Positions 1 through 9,782 are shown, numbered from the stretch's first letter. The stretch is 54,149 nt of DNA from Oligoflexales bacterium (GCA_045106415.1 JBGCEP010000078.1:1-54149), one strand, 5' to 3'. A program made the numbers and translations. The notes: a model not told the origin generated them from the letters alone.

Positions 1-1
1 C

Positions 2-154
2 CTCACTGCGGCCAGGTCACGTATCATGGATACCGACTTTGCAGAAGCCACAGCTCAAATGACGCAGAATTCTATTTTGCAGCAAGCAGGGGTCTCTATT
101 CTTTCTCAAGCAAATCAACTTCCCGCTATGGCGATGCAGCTTTTACAAGGCTAA
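2..154 (+). CDS. fliC: Flagellin, C-terminal fragment (gene starts upstream of window)
   Basis: Manual translation [50 protein letters not shown] matches the conserved flagellin C-terminal D0 region; TAA at 152-154. Confidence 0.95.
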   Translation, partial: LTAARSRIMDTDFAEATAQMTQNSILQQAGVSILSQANQLPAMAMQLLQG

Positions 155-357
155 TGTAGACGTTTATCTTTTAGGCGGCCTATATTTTTATTGAGTTATA
201 CCAATCACAGAAAATAATTGAGGATTCTTTGAATCCACATCATGAAGCTGAATGAGATCAAATCATAAATACAAGCTTTAGACTTCCTAGGTAGCTACTG
301 GTATGAGAGAGAGCCCTGGATCAAGATCAAGCTACAAACCCTGCGCCATCTGCAATA

Positions 358-483
358 ATACCAATTACGTAAATTAAACATAGTTTTATGAGGTCAGTCG
401 TCTTTGCTTCTTCTAAATGAAAACCCCTGTATCTCCTTCTTAACTCCAATTCAAACTCTATGTTTAATTTACGTAATTGGTAT
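358..483. mobile_element. MITE-like element with perfect 26-bp terminal inverted repeats
   Basis: ATACCAATTACGTAAATTAAACATAG (358-383) is the exact reverse complement of 458-483; 74-bp non-coding interior. Confidence 0.65.
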
Positions 484-700
484 AAGGAAAATCTTTAAAA
501 AACATGACAGAAATAGTTCTTTATGATGAAAGAACAATTTGTACATAAGTATAAAGATTTGTCGAGCTGATTTAAAAATTATTCAAAGTATCGATTTAAT
601 TTGAATTTTTGACACGATAAGTTTGCTTCAAATCAGCCCCTAAAATTTTAGTTTTTTGTCGAACCAAACTCTAGAGGGCTACCTTCCTGATTTCAATAAC

Positions 701-718
701 GATTTATGCAACAACGCC
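701..718 (-). mobile_element. Isolated IS903-like terminal inverted repeat
   Basis: Reverse complement GGCGTTGTTGCATAAATC differs at 2 of 18 positions from the IS903 end as I recall it (GGCTTTGTTGAATAAATC); no partner end or transposase seen. Confidence 0.5.
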
Positions 719-901
719 CTATATTGTTCTCCTATCTTGAATCCTGATCATGGATGGTTTTAAAGTGTGTATTACGATATTATCTAGAGGTATTTTTATA
801 TTTTATAAACCGTAGTAAAAGGTTACGAAATAATAAGTTTTAAGCTTGAAGATTTTGTGAAAAATCTATCTGAATAAAGGTGAGAAAACTTATTATTTCA
901 T

Positions 902-1936
902 TTGTTTTTTAAAAAGAAAAGGGTCCTTGTGGAAAATTTTCAGCGGAACATAATGATAGCCATTTTAAGTGTTTCTCTTGCTTTTTTTCTCATTATTTCT
1001 ATTGAGATATATGCTAAATTTATAGCTTATATGATTCCATGTATAAATTCAGGAGAAGAATTTATACATGAGTATAATCGAGATGGCTTAAGAACATCAT
1101 ATGAAATTGATGCAGAGAGAGATAATAAAAAACGGATACTTTTCCTTGGTAATTCAATCACATTAGGGCTTGGTGTTGATGTTGCAGGTACGTTTGTTAA
1201 AAAATTAGATGAATTTTTTCCATCTGTAGAGATAATTAACGCTGGTTTTGACGGTGGGAATTTTCATATGTTATCGAATGCTTATCGTAAAAAATTATTT
1301 CGCTATAAACCGGACTATATTATTTGGATTCCAAGTATCGGGGATCTTGTTGAGTATGAATATGAAAAATTTGATTTAACAGATATTGAAATACCTCTTC
1401 CAGAATCATATAAACAACAAATACGCGAAGAGCAAAAAGAACTAGAATTATGGCCTCATCAAACTCTCTGGCTTTTAAAAGGTGTACATAAATTTTTGCG
1501 AAGTATAAAGACTAATCCTGTTTTTCCAGATCAATATACATCTGCACCTGATCTTTGGTATACAGACAATACAAATAGAAGAATAAGTTTATCTAATTTA
1601 AGAGGTCTTGAATTTCTTTTGTCAGATATTTTAAAGATATCAGATCCGTTTTCTCGTTTTTTTATTGTGACTGTACCCTCCCGACATCTATCGTACACAT
1701 ATTCCCCAGGGAAAAGAAATGTTTTTAAATCTTTAAAATATATGGCTAATAAAATGCAAAAAGTTGAATATTACAATCTTGTAGGACCCATCTCTTCTGT
1801 TATGAAAAAATCTCCTCAAAGATTCTATCAAGATTTTGTGCATTTTAATGAACAAGGACATGAAATTGTTTTTCAACAACTCTTAAGAATTATAGAACTA
1901 ATTAATGATCAAAATCATAAAATAAAAGGATCATAA
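902..1936 (+). CDS. Membrane-anchored SGNH/GDSL hydrolase-family protein (probable AlgJ/PatB-like O-acyltransferase partner)
   Basis: N-terminal TM helix; block I FLGNSIT, block II NAGFDG, block V DFVHFN (DxxH); adjacent to MBOAT gene. Start codon uncertain. Confidence 0.8.
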   Translation: MFFKKKRVLVENFQRNIMIAILSVSLAFFLIISIEIYAKFIAYMIPCINSGEEFIHEYNRDGLRTSYEIDAERDNKKRILFLGNSITLGLGVDVAGTFVKKLDEFFPSVEIINAGFDGGNFHMLSNAYRKKLFRYKPDYIIWIPSIGDLVEYEYEKFDLTDIEIPLPESYKQQIREEQKELELWPHQTLWLLKGVHKFLRSIKTNPVFPDQYTSAPDLWYTDNTNRRISLSNLRGLEFLLSDILKISDPFSRFFIVTVPSRHLSYTYSPGKRNVFKSLKYMANKMQKVEYYNLVGPISSVMKKSPQRFYQDFVHFNEQGHEIVFQQLLRIIELINDQNHKIKGS

Positions 1937-1938
1937 TT

Positions 1939-3366
1939 ATGCTTTTTTACGATTGTAAATTTTTGTTATTCTTTTTTATAATTTTTATTATTTACTGGTT
2001 TTTAAAAAATAATACTTCACGTAAAGTTTTACTCCTTTTTTCTAGTTATTATTTTTATACATCTTGGAATAAAGAGCTTCTTGTTCTTATCATTCTGTCG
2101 ACTATTATAGATTTTAGTGTTGGTCTAGTTGTCGCGAAAGAAAAAAACATCAAGATGAAGAAAAAATATTTATGTTTAAGCATTTGTTCTAATCTAGGCA
2201 TACTTGCTTATTTTAAATATGCTAATTTTTTTATAGATAATATATATAAATCTTTGCATCAAATTTTTCCAAATTTAGTGATACCTCAACTTGACGTTAT
2301 TCTTCCTATAGGAATATCTTTTTATACCTTTCAAACTATGAGTTATACTATTGATGTTTTTAAAGATCGTCGTAAACCGTGCAGAAGTCTCTTGGATTTT
2401 TCTTTGTATGTTTCTTTTTTCCCACAGTTGATTGCAGGCCCTATTGTGCGGAGTGAAGAATTTCTAGAGCAAATGCAAAATAAGATTAAATTCCGCCTAG
2501 ATTATGTTGGTGTAGGGTTAACTATTTTTCTTTTTGGTTTAATTAAGAAAATTATATCTGATTATCTTGCTACATCACATATAGATATTGTTTTTAATGG
2601 TGTAGATAAATTTTCAGCTGTAGATATATGGTTTGCTGTTTATGGCTACGCATTACAAATTTATATGGATTTTTCAGGTTATTCTGACATGGCTATAGGC
2701 GCAGCGTTGTGTTTAGGGTTCTATCTACCTAAAAATTTTAATTATCCATACCGCGCAAAAAGCATTAGTGAGTTTTGGCAACGATGGCATATTACGTTAT
2801 CCAGTTGGCTTAGAGATTATTTATATATTCCTTTAGGTGGAAAACAAAAACCCCAATGGAAGACTGTGCGAAATTTAATATTGACTATGCTGTTAGGTGG
2901 ATTGTGGCACGGTGCAGCGTGGACATTTGTTTTTTGGGGATTTTTTCATGGATTATGTTTGGTTTTTTTTCATACATGGGTACGTATTTCACCATTTAAA
3001 ATCCCAAAATATTTGTCAATATTATTAACATTTCATGTTGTTTGTATTGGTTGGGTTTTTTTTCGATCGACGTCCATGTCTAGTGCTTGGCTGCTCATTC
3101 AAATGTTACTAGATCCGAGTAAGTATAATGAGCCTGTACTTATCCATTACTCTATTGTAAATTTTATATTATTCCTTTATTTTTTACATTTTGTTTTTGA
3201 TAAGTCTCTTCTTTTGAAGAAGGTGAATTTATTTTATAATGAAGATTATCATAAGAGAACTATTTTTAAATATGTGCTTCATTTTGGTGGAATACTAGCT
3301 TTTATAGTGCTTTTATCTTTGTTCACAAGAAACCTCCATACGCCATTTATATATTTCCAATTCTAG
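1939..3366 (+). CDS. MBOAT family O-acyltransferase (AlgI/PatA/DltB-like)
   Basis: LPIGISFYTFQ, FPQLIAGPI, DFSGYSDMAIG, EFWQRWHITLSSWLRDYLYIPLGG, LWHGA (catalytic His); multiple TM segments. Confidence 0.93.
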   Translation: MLFYDCKFLLFFFIIFIIYWFLKNNTSRKVLLLFSSYYFYTSWNKELLVLIILSTIIDFSVGLVVAKEKNIKMKKKYLCLSICSNLGILAYFKYANFFIDNIYKSLHQIFPNLVIPQLDVILPIGISFYTFQTMSYTIDVFKDRRKPCRSLLDFSLYVSFFPQLIAGPIVRSEEFLEQMQNKIKFRLDYVGVGLTIFLFGLIKKIISDYLATSHIDIVFNGVDKFSAVDIWFAVYGYALQIYMDFSGYSDMAIGAALCLGFYLPKNFNYPYRAKSISEFWQRWHITLSSWLRDYLYIPLGGKQKPQWKTVRNLILTMLLGGLWHGAAWTFVFWGFFHGLCLVFFHTWVRISPFKIPKYLSILLTFHVVCIGWVFFRSTSMSSAWLLIQMLLDPSKYNEPVLIHYSIVNFILFLYFLHFVFDKSLLLKKVNLFYNEDYHKRTIFKYVLHFGGILAFIVLLSLFTRNLHTPFIYFQF

Positions 3367-4332
3367 GGCGTGTCCTCATAAGAGCTATAGCTCAATCTAA
3401 ATGAGAATGCAGGCAAGGTAGACCATTGATTTCAAGTTCCTAGCAAGCTTTTTCAATTCTTGTTGCTATAGGCCTAAAATGCTTTGGTCTTAAAAAATAT
3501 TTTCTACTAAGTGTCTTAATTTATAGAGACGCTTGTCAAAACTAGGGCTTGATTCAGCGTTGTTCTTACGCTGTGGGATAACAGCAGTGGTGTCTTGATG
3601 GCGAGCTATGTCCCATATCTCTTTATATTTATAACCTTTGTCCGCAATAAAAAATTCAAGCAGAGGCACAATTTTAGTCAATTTTTCTGCAGTTTTTGGA
3701 TCATGGACTTCACCCTAGTGATGTCAAAAGAATCTGGATTTCCATGCGTATCGGTGACCATATGAATTTTAGTTGTGAATCCCCCCTGAACTTTCTAATT
3801 GCTTTTTCTTCTCCAGGTCGAGCTCGACTCGAACGCTGATGAGATCGAACATAACTTCCATCTCCGAAAGTTCAATCCGTATCAATTTCGCCTCTAGATA
3901 GCAATGAAATTTTCCTGAGGTCTTTTTTTAGTTTATCTATTAAAGCCGTTAAATGGCTGTTTGCCATGGACAAAGGTCTTTCGGTGTTTCCCTCTATGGT
4001 GCGACAGTTCTTAGTTTCCAAAGAATAGCTTCCATGACAGTTTTGCTGTCTTTTGTATTTTGGTAACCCCTTTTTTCTTATACTGAGGATAAGAACCCTT
4101 CTTCTGAAAAAACTTCTTGTAAGCTGTCCCAAGATTTTTAATAGCCTGCTGAGGAGAGTGCTTATTAACCTCAAGCACCCAAGGATATTGCTCCCTTTTA
4201 ATAGCATTGAGCTCTTTGCGTAAGCCCTTTGATTGAAATGTATCTAAAATTTGAAGCCACACTTCATCAGATAGTAATGTTCTCGCTATACATGTCTCAC
4301 ATCACAGTACAAAATACATTGACGATAACTTT
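3366..4332 (-). pseudogene. Degraded IS5-family (IS427-group-like) element with fragmented transposase
   Basis: Minus-strand fragments IARTLLSDEVWLQILDTFQSKG (from 4289, probable ATG>ATA), KTVMEAILWKLRTVAP*RETPKDLCPWQTA, GDGSYVRSHQ, ADKGY, AVIPQRKN, LYKLRHLVENIF with stops and frameshifts; terminal GGGCGTGTCCTCA at 3366 next to CTAG; the other end is degenerate, so that boundary is approximate. Confidence 0.8.
4063..4230 (-). pseudogene. tnpB: Internal fragment of IS200/IS605-family tnpB embedded in the IS5 remnant
   Basis: LRKELNAIKREQYPWVLEVNKHSPQQAIKNLGTAYKKFFQKKGSYPQYKKKG is typical of the TnpB N-terminal region; no RuvC or zinc-finger part present. Confidence 0.75.
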
Positions 4333-4529
4333 AACTAAAATAGATTTTTTAGAAAGTTACGATCTTATGATGGCACGGCTTAGTCTGTTACTGCCAGTTG
4401 TGACTTTTTGATCGGAAGAATTTTCTTCGTGAAAAAATTCTGACAGTTTTGCGCCAGACTCTTGACGATGAATGGCAAAAGGTGCCTAAGTAGGTGGTGG
4501 CGATGGCTTTGTTGTCGGTGTTTTAATGT

Positions 4530-4545
4530 TGGCATGGTGTTTGCT
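4530..4545 (+). promoter_or_regulatory. sigma54 (RpoN) -24/-12 promoter of the flg operon
   Basis: TGGCAT-GGTGT-TTGCT with GG-N10-GC spacing, ~25 bp upstream of the flgF ATG. Confidence 0.8.
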
Positions 4546-4569
4546 TAATAGGGGGTGGAGGTTGTCAAT

Positions 4570-5358
4570 ATGCTTAAAACAATCTATACCCCTCTTTCAG
4601 GGAGTGTGGCGCAAGAAAAAGTAATGGACATTATCGCAAATAACCTTGCGAATACGTCTACTGTTGGGTTTAAACAGGAGAGTGTAACTTTTAAGCAGCT
4701 TCTTCCTGAACCGTATAAAAATTATAAAAATCCACTTCCGCCTGCGAATTATAAAGTCCCTTTTGAAAAAATCATGCACTTGCACGGTAATGATGTTGAT
4801 TATGTCGGTGTTTCAGGGGTCTATCGAGATCAGACTCAAGGACCTGCTATTGAAACCAAAAGTGATTTTGATTTGCTCATAGATGGCCCGGGTTATTTTC
4901 AAGTGCAGACACCAGATGGAGAACGACTTACTCGAAACGGTTCTTTTACAGTGAATGATTCTGGAGTCTTGTCAGATCAATTGGGGCATCCTGTTTTAGG
5001 TGAGCAGGGTCTTATTTATTTGAGAGGAAAGAATATGGAGGTGAATCATCTTGGTGAAATTTATCAAGATGGACAAATGGTTGATCGTTTAAAAACACTG
5101 GAAGTTTCTGATGAAAGAAATTTAGAAAGAGTTGGCTATAACCTTTATTTTCATGGCGGGGAAGAAGAAGGACTAACGAAAGCATCTCATATGAATGTGC
5201 GTCAAGGTTATGTTGAGGGTTCGAATGTGAATGTTATGCAAAATTTAACAAACATGATTGTGGCTCACAGATCGTATGAAGCGTATCAAAAAACTATTCA
5301 AAATTACGACAAAATGATGGAAAAAAGCTCAAATAGCCTAGGGGAGGTTAGAGGATGA
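4570..5358 (+). CDS. flgF: Flagellar basal-body rod protein FlgF
   Basis: IANNLANTSTVGFK, LTRNGSF, QGYVEGSNVN motifs; first of two rod paralogues; ATG 4570 preceded by GGAGGT. Confidence 0.88.
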   Translation: MLKTIYTPLSGSVAQEKVMDIIANNLANTSTVGFKQESVTFKQLLPEPYKNYKNPLPPANYKVPFEKIMHLHGNDVDYVGVSGVYRDQTQGPAIETKSDFDLLIDGPGYFQVQTPDGERLTRNGSFTVNDSGVLSDQLGHPVLGEQGLIYLRGKNMEVNHLGEIYQDGQMVDRLKTLEVSDERNLERVGYNLYFHGGEEEGLTKASHMNVRQGYVEGSNVNVMQNLTNMIVAHRSYEAYQKTIQNYDKMMEKSSNSLGEVRG

Positions 5359-6134
5359 TTCGTTCGTTACACACAGCTGCGACTGGTATGGAAGCTCAAC
5401 AGCTTAATATTGACACCATTGCCAACAACTTGGCCAACGTTAATACAACGGCTTTTAAGCGTTCTAGGGCTAATTTCCATGACCTTCTTTACCAAACATT
5501 AAGAGCCCCGGGACAGAGCGCAACAACAGGAACTGTTGTTCCTAGCGGTATACAGATTGGTGCGGGAACAAAGCTTTCTTCTGTTGATAAGTTATTTAAA
5601 GAAGGTTCAATCCTTGAAACCGGTAATGAGTTGGACTTTATGATTGAGGGGAAAGGTTTTTTTAGAATTCAAAAAGATGACGGTACCCTCGCTTACACAA
5701 GAGATGGGCACTTTAGTAAAGATAGAAATGGCCGGTTGGTGACCTCTGATGGCTTTCCTCTTGTTCCAGAGGTAACGATACCCCCTGGTGCTCAAAATTT
5801 TCATGTTGGTTATGATGGAACAGTGACTGTGAAAATGGCAGGTGAATCACAAGAGATAGGTCAAGTGATGGTTGCAGATTTTATTAATCCATCTGGTCTT
5901 GTGTCGTTAGGTGGTAATTATTATGCGCCGTCTCGTTCAAGTGGAGATGCTATTGTTGGGGTTCCAAATCAAAATGGGATAGGAAGAATTGGGCAAGCTC
6001 AACTGGAGAGCTCAAATATTGATATCGTTGAAGAAATGGTTAATATGATTAGTGGTCAAAGAGCCTATGAGATTAATGCGAAAGTTATTCAAACAGGTGA
6101 CCAAATGTTGCAGGCGACAACAAATGTGCGTTAA
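5355..6134 (+). CDS. flgG: Flagellar distal rod protein FlgG
   Basis: MIRSLHTAATGMEAQQ, ANNLANVNT, FHDLLYQ, GIQIGAG, YTRDG, LESSN, QRAYE. Confidence 0.96.
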   Translation: MIRSLHTAATGMEAQQLNIDTIANNLANVNTTAFKRSRANFHDLLYQTLRAPGQSATTGTVVPSGIQIGAGTKLSSVDKLFKEGSILETGNELDFMIEGKGFFRIQKDDGTLAYTRDGHFSKDRNGRLVTSDGFPLVPEVTIPPGAQNFHVGYDGTVTVKMAGESQEIGQVMVADFINPSGLVSLGGNYYAPSRSSGDAIVGVPNQNGIGRIGQAQLESSNIDIVEEMVNMISGQRAYEINAKVIQTGDQMLQATTNVR

Positions 6135-7062
6135 ATTATTGCTACTATCTTCTTTGTTTTTTGTGATGGGGTGGCATGATCCGCAGCTTGCAGATCATGT
6201 TCGTATTCCAGTCTCTTTGACTTTGAAAAACCATATAAAAATTGACCGTCCTATTGTGTATTTATCGGATATTGCTCTGTGCAAAAGCTATGATGAAGTT
6301 TGTGATGAAAGCTATGGCATAGAAATTTCACGATTAAAACATCCAGATGATAGGGTGAGAATTTCTTTGAGGGATATAGAAAAAATTCTTAATATTGAAT
6401 GGCCGCAAGCTATTGTTGAATTTTCTGGGAATGCAATGACTGTTTCTGTGTCGGGGGTAGGAGTCATACCAGAGAAAAAAGATCTTATAGTTCTTTTAAA
6501 CAAACATCTTCCTCGATCAGAAAAGTCTCAATTTCATGTTGAATATATCAACGCAACTAAAAAAATATGGAAAAATGATTCTTTTAACATAACGCTGGAA
6601 TCAGGTTGGTGGGAGCATTATGTGCTGAGCCCTAGAAATCTGATTCTACAAACATCTTCTAAGCAAAAATTTTCTATCCGAGTTCGTTTGAAAAAAAAAT
6701 GCCTTTCTTTTATGACTAAAGAAAATATGAAAAACGGTGATGAAGTTCACCCGCATCAATTTAAGAAAGAATGGGTTCGGTGCGAAACAGATCTTGTTCA
6801 AGAATTTCCTAAGAAGGTTGTTCTTAAAAATACCCTTATGCAAGGTAGATCATTAAAATATAGACATCTTATTTCTTTGTATGCGCTTAAAAGGGGAGAT
6901 AGAAAAAAGGTCACTTTTCAAATGGGATCTTTAACACTTGAATCTTTTTTAATCGCTCAAGAAAAAGGAAGCCCTGGTGAGACAATTCGTTTTAAAAATA
7001 TGAAAACACGAAAAACTGTATATGGAAAAATTCTTTCTGATGGTCATGTGGAGATATTATGA
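6124..7062 (+). CDS. flgA: P-ring assembly chaperone FlgA
   Basis: Signal peptide; IVYLSDIA; C-terminal LKRGD..V / GSPGETIRFKNMKTRKTVYGKI; lies between flgG and flgH. ATG 6124 chosen over the ORF-track start. Confidence 0.8.
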   Translation: MCVKLLLLSSLFFVMGWHDPQLADHVRIPVSLTLKNHIKIDRPIVYLSDIALCKSYDEVCDESYGIEISRLKHPDDRVRISLRDIEKILNIEWPQAIVEFSGNAMTVSVSGVGVIPEKKDLIVLLNKHLPRSEKSQFHVEYINATKKIWKNDSFNITLESGWWEHYVLSPRNLILQTSSKQKFSIRVRLKKKCLSFMTKENMKNGDEVHPHQFKKEWVRCETDLVQEFPKKVVLKNTLMQGRSLKYRHLISLYALKRGDRKKVTFQMGSLTLESFLIAQEKGSPGETIRFKNMKTRKTVYGKILSDGHVEIL

Positions 7063-8063
7063 AGTGGTTTTTATTGATTTGGATCACAGCTGGATGTGTA
7101 AGTTCACAGGGTGTGAGAACTGTAACGTATCGAGATCCAAATCTCCTTATTAAAGGAATGCCAAAGGTTCCTGAAGTTTCATTGCAGAGTGGAATTGCTA
7201 AAGACGATGATGCTGAAATTTATGTAAAAACATCAGACGTTATGATTAAAGAAAATCACTCTGAAAATAGAGGTGGAAGCCTTTATCAGCCGAAAGATAG
7301 AAGACATGACTGGTTTAGAGATCAAGCTCCTTATCAGGTGGGTGATTCCATTGTTATTCGTATTGATCAAAATAGAGCGCGAAACTTAAAGGCTGAACAA
7401 CCTGGAGACAATGAAAAAAATGAAGATAAAAAAGAAGAAAGTCTTGAAGATGAATTGTTAAAAAATTTTCCGTCTTTAGCGCCAGAACCTGACTCTGGAC
7501 TTTCTGTTATTCGAAGTTTCCGTGCTCAAATTGTGTCTATAAAACCTAATGGAGATGCCGTTGTTGTTGCTCGTCGTAGCTCTAAAGCAAATAAGGATGA
7601 TAGGGAATATTCTGTGAGAAGTCTTGTTTCTGCAAGGATTTTGCAAGAAGAGGATGAAATCACAACAAAGCATTTAAATGATGTGGATTTTTATGAAAAC
7701 GATGGCTCTCAAGTGCTTAAGAGTCATTCTTCTGATTGGCAAGATGAGTACACATTACGTATGAGTGGATTTAATGAATCGCAATCTAAATATGCTGCTG
7801 AGCTTGAAAGCCAAAGAAAAGACTTAGATAGCGTGCGAGAAAAACTTAGAGAGCGCTTAGAGTCTTTTGGAAAAGAAAGGCGTCAAATAGCTAAAGAAAG
7901 AGACGATTTATTAGGCGATAAAAGAAAGTTTGCTGAACAAATTCAAAAATTAGAATCTGAATTGACGCAGAAAAAACAGTCTATTACAGACTTAAAGTCA
8001 CAAATAAGAGAGTTGGATGAAGCTCGTCCAGGAGAGGAGCAAGATGCAGAAGATGGTGAATAG
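7059..8063 (+). CDS. flgH: Divergent L-ring protein FlgH with C-terminal coiled-coil extension
   Basis: Lipobox TAGC; GGSLY..WFRD..YQVGDSIVIRI and AQIVSIKPNGDAVV resemble FlgH motifs; position flgA-flgH-flgI. Confidence 0.72.
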   Translation: MKWFLLIWITAGCVSSQGVRTVTYRDPNLLIKGMPKVPEVSLQSGIAKDDDAEIYVKTSDVMIKENHSENRGGSLYQPKDRRHDWFRDQAPYQVGDSIVIRIDQNRARNLKAEQPGDNEKNEDKKEESLEDELLKNFPSLAPEPDSGLSVIRSFRAQIVSIKPNGDAVVVARRSSKANKDDREYSVRSLVSARILQEEDEITTKHLNDVDFYENDGSQVLKSHSSDWQDEYTLRMSGFNESQSKYAAELESQRKDLDSVREKLRERLESFGKERRQIAKERDDLLGDKRKFAEQIQKLESELTQKKQSITDLKSQIRELDEARPGEEQDAEDGE

Positions 8064-9054
8064 AATTTTTTTTGTCGCATGTCTGAGTGCGTTGAGCTCT
8101 GTTGTTGCTATTGGCCAGAAGGTAAGAATTAAAGATTTAGCGCGTTTAAAAGGTGTTAGAGAAAATAGGCTAACCGGTTATGGCTTGGTTGTTGGTTTGC
8201 AAGGAACCGGAGATAGTGCGGCGTCTTTGCTGGGCCAAAAAACAATGCAGCGTTTTTTAAAAAGATTTGGCGTGAGCACTGGCCCTGAAGATATTGTTGC
8301 AGGTTCTTATTCCGTGGTTTTAGTAACAACGGAATTAACTCCGTATGCTCGGATTGGTGACAAGTTAAAAGTGAATCTTTCAACCCAAGGAGATACCTCA
8401 AGTTTAGCTGGAGGTACTTTACTAAGTACGCCTTTATTAGCGGCAAACGGTGAAACATACGCAATAGCTCACGGCCAGGTTTCAGTGGGGCAAGCTGATG
8501 GCGTTGGGTCTAGGATTTTAACGGTTGCTTCGATTCCTGAAGGTGGGATTGTCGAAAAAGAGCATCTGCCTGATCTTCTAAAAGAAAAAAAATTAGAATT
8601 TTCTTTGAAGGACCCTGATTTTTCAACAAATCATGCGATGACAAAAGCTATTAATCTTCATTTTAAAGGGTTTTATGCAAGATCTCTTGATATTCGTGGT
8701 GTTGAAGTTTTAGTGCCAGAACATTTTCAAGATGACCCTATTCACTTTCTGTCTCGGTTGGAAAAAATTCAAGTGGACGTTGATCAAAAAGCAATTGTAA
8801 TTATCAATGAGCGAACGGGTACTGTTGTGATGGGGCATCAAGTTAAAATAGATCCAATAGTGATTTCTCATGGGGACTTGTCGCTTAAAATAGGTGAGGA
8901 CCCTTCGGTGGGAATAGGAAAAATTGATGGCAGTGATGTTGCAACGCTTATGGATGGCTTGAATGCTTTTGGAGCAAGGTCGGTTGATCTTGTGAGTATT
9001 TTGCAAGCGATTGATGCGGCTGGAGCTCTGCGTGGTGAACTCAAGTTAATTTAA
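8044..9054 (+). CDS. flgI: Flagellar P-ring protein FlgI
   Basis: RIKDL, GVRENRLTGYGLVVGLQGTGD, SLAGGTLLSTPL, INERTGTVV, SILQAIDAAGAL. Confidence 0.96.
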   Translation: MQKMVNRIFFVACLSALSSVVAIGQKVRIKDLARLKGVRENRLTGYGLVVGLQGTGDSAASLLGQKTMQRFLKRFGVSTGPEDIVAGSYSVVLVTTELTPYARIGDKLKVNLSTQGDTSSLAGGTLLSTPLLAANGETYAIAHGQVSVGQADGVGSRILTVASIPEGGIVEKEHLPDLLKEKKLEFSLKDPDFSTNHAMTKAINLHFKGFYARSLDIRGVEVLVPEHFQDDPIHFLSRLEKIQVDVDQKAIVIINERTGTVVMGHQVKIDPIVISHGDLSLKIGEDPSVGIGKIDGSDVATLMDGLNAFGARSVDLVSILQAIDAAGALRGELKLI

Positions 9055-9064
9055 GGAGGGGTAG

Positions 9065-9394
9065 GTGGAAATTACCCAGTTAGGTTCTCTTCAGCGTGAA
9101 CAAAAAATACAAAAACAACGTTCTGAGTTGCATGAAAAAACAGCGGAAATCGAGAAGGTCTCAGAGGAGTTTGCCTCTATATTTATGGAGCTAGTTGTTG
9201 ATGCTATGAGGTCAACAGTACCGGAATCAGGACTGATAGATGGCGGGAATGCTGAAGAAATTTACCGTTCTCTTCTTGATTCGGAATATTCAAAGCAGCT
9301 TGTGACAGGCCCTGGCAAGAAACTTGCAGAAGATCTTAAGAAACAACTTTTAGCAAGACAGGGCGGCACGCAATACGGATTGCGTGAAACCTAG
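9065..9394 (+). CDS. flgJ: Short FlgJ (rod-binding domain only)
   Basis: EEFASIF..AMRSTVP..GG..EEIYRSLLDSEY; no muramidase domain. Confidence 0.87.
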   Translation: MEITQLGSLQREQKIQKQRSELHEKTAEIEKVSEEFASIFMELVVDAMRSTVPESGLIDGGNAEEIYRSLLDSEYSKQLVTGPGKKLAEDLKKQLLARQGGTQYGLRET

Positions 9395-9437
9395 GTATCG
9401 TAGACAATGATTTGTAGAGAGATTAAAGGAGGTTCTT

Positions 9438-9782
9438 ATGAGCTTAGATCGAATTTCATCAACAAAGACGCAGGGTGGTGAAGCTCTTCGTGATGTTCAG
9501 TCTTCTCGCGCCAAAGAACAAGACAAAAGAGGAGTTGGAGCGACCGATTCCACTGCGCAAGGTGTTGGGGTTCAATTGTCAAATGGAGCTAGAGAGCTTC
9601 AGGCTGCTCATCAAAAGGCTTATGACATAGCGATGGCAACGCCTGATGTTAGAGAATATAAAATAGCTTCTTTAAAAGAAAAAATTAAAAATGGAACCTA
9701 TAAAGTCGATGCTGGAAAAGTTGCGGATGGTATGCTTCGAGAGGCTATTAAAGATAAAATAGCAGCGGAGTTTGGCGGATGA
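9438..9782 (+). CDS. flgM: Anti-sigma28 factor FlgM
   Basis: VQLS, PDVREYKIASLKEKIKNGTYKVDAGKVAD. Confidence 0.92.
   Translation: MSLDRISSTKTQGGEALRDVQSSRAKEQDKRGVGATDSTAQGVGVQLSNGARELQAAHQKAYDIAMATPDVREYKIASLKEKIKNGTYKVDAGKVADGMLREAIKDKIAAEFGG

Noticed and set aside
3872..4262. Functional TnpB/omegaRNA system
   Set aside because: Only ~52 codons of the N-terminal region are present; no RuvC motifs, zinc finger, tnpA or element ends. The 111-aa and 83-aa ORFs are chimeric readings of pseudogene debris.
4371..4386. Second sigma54 promoter (TGGCACGGCTTAGTC)
   Set aside because: The -12 GC dinucleotide is missing at the required spacing.
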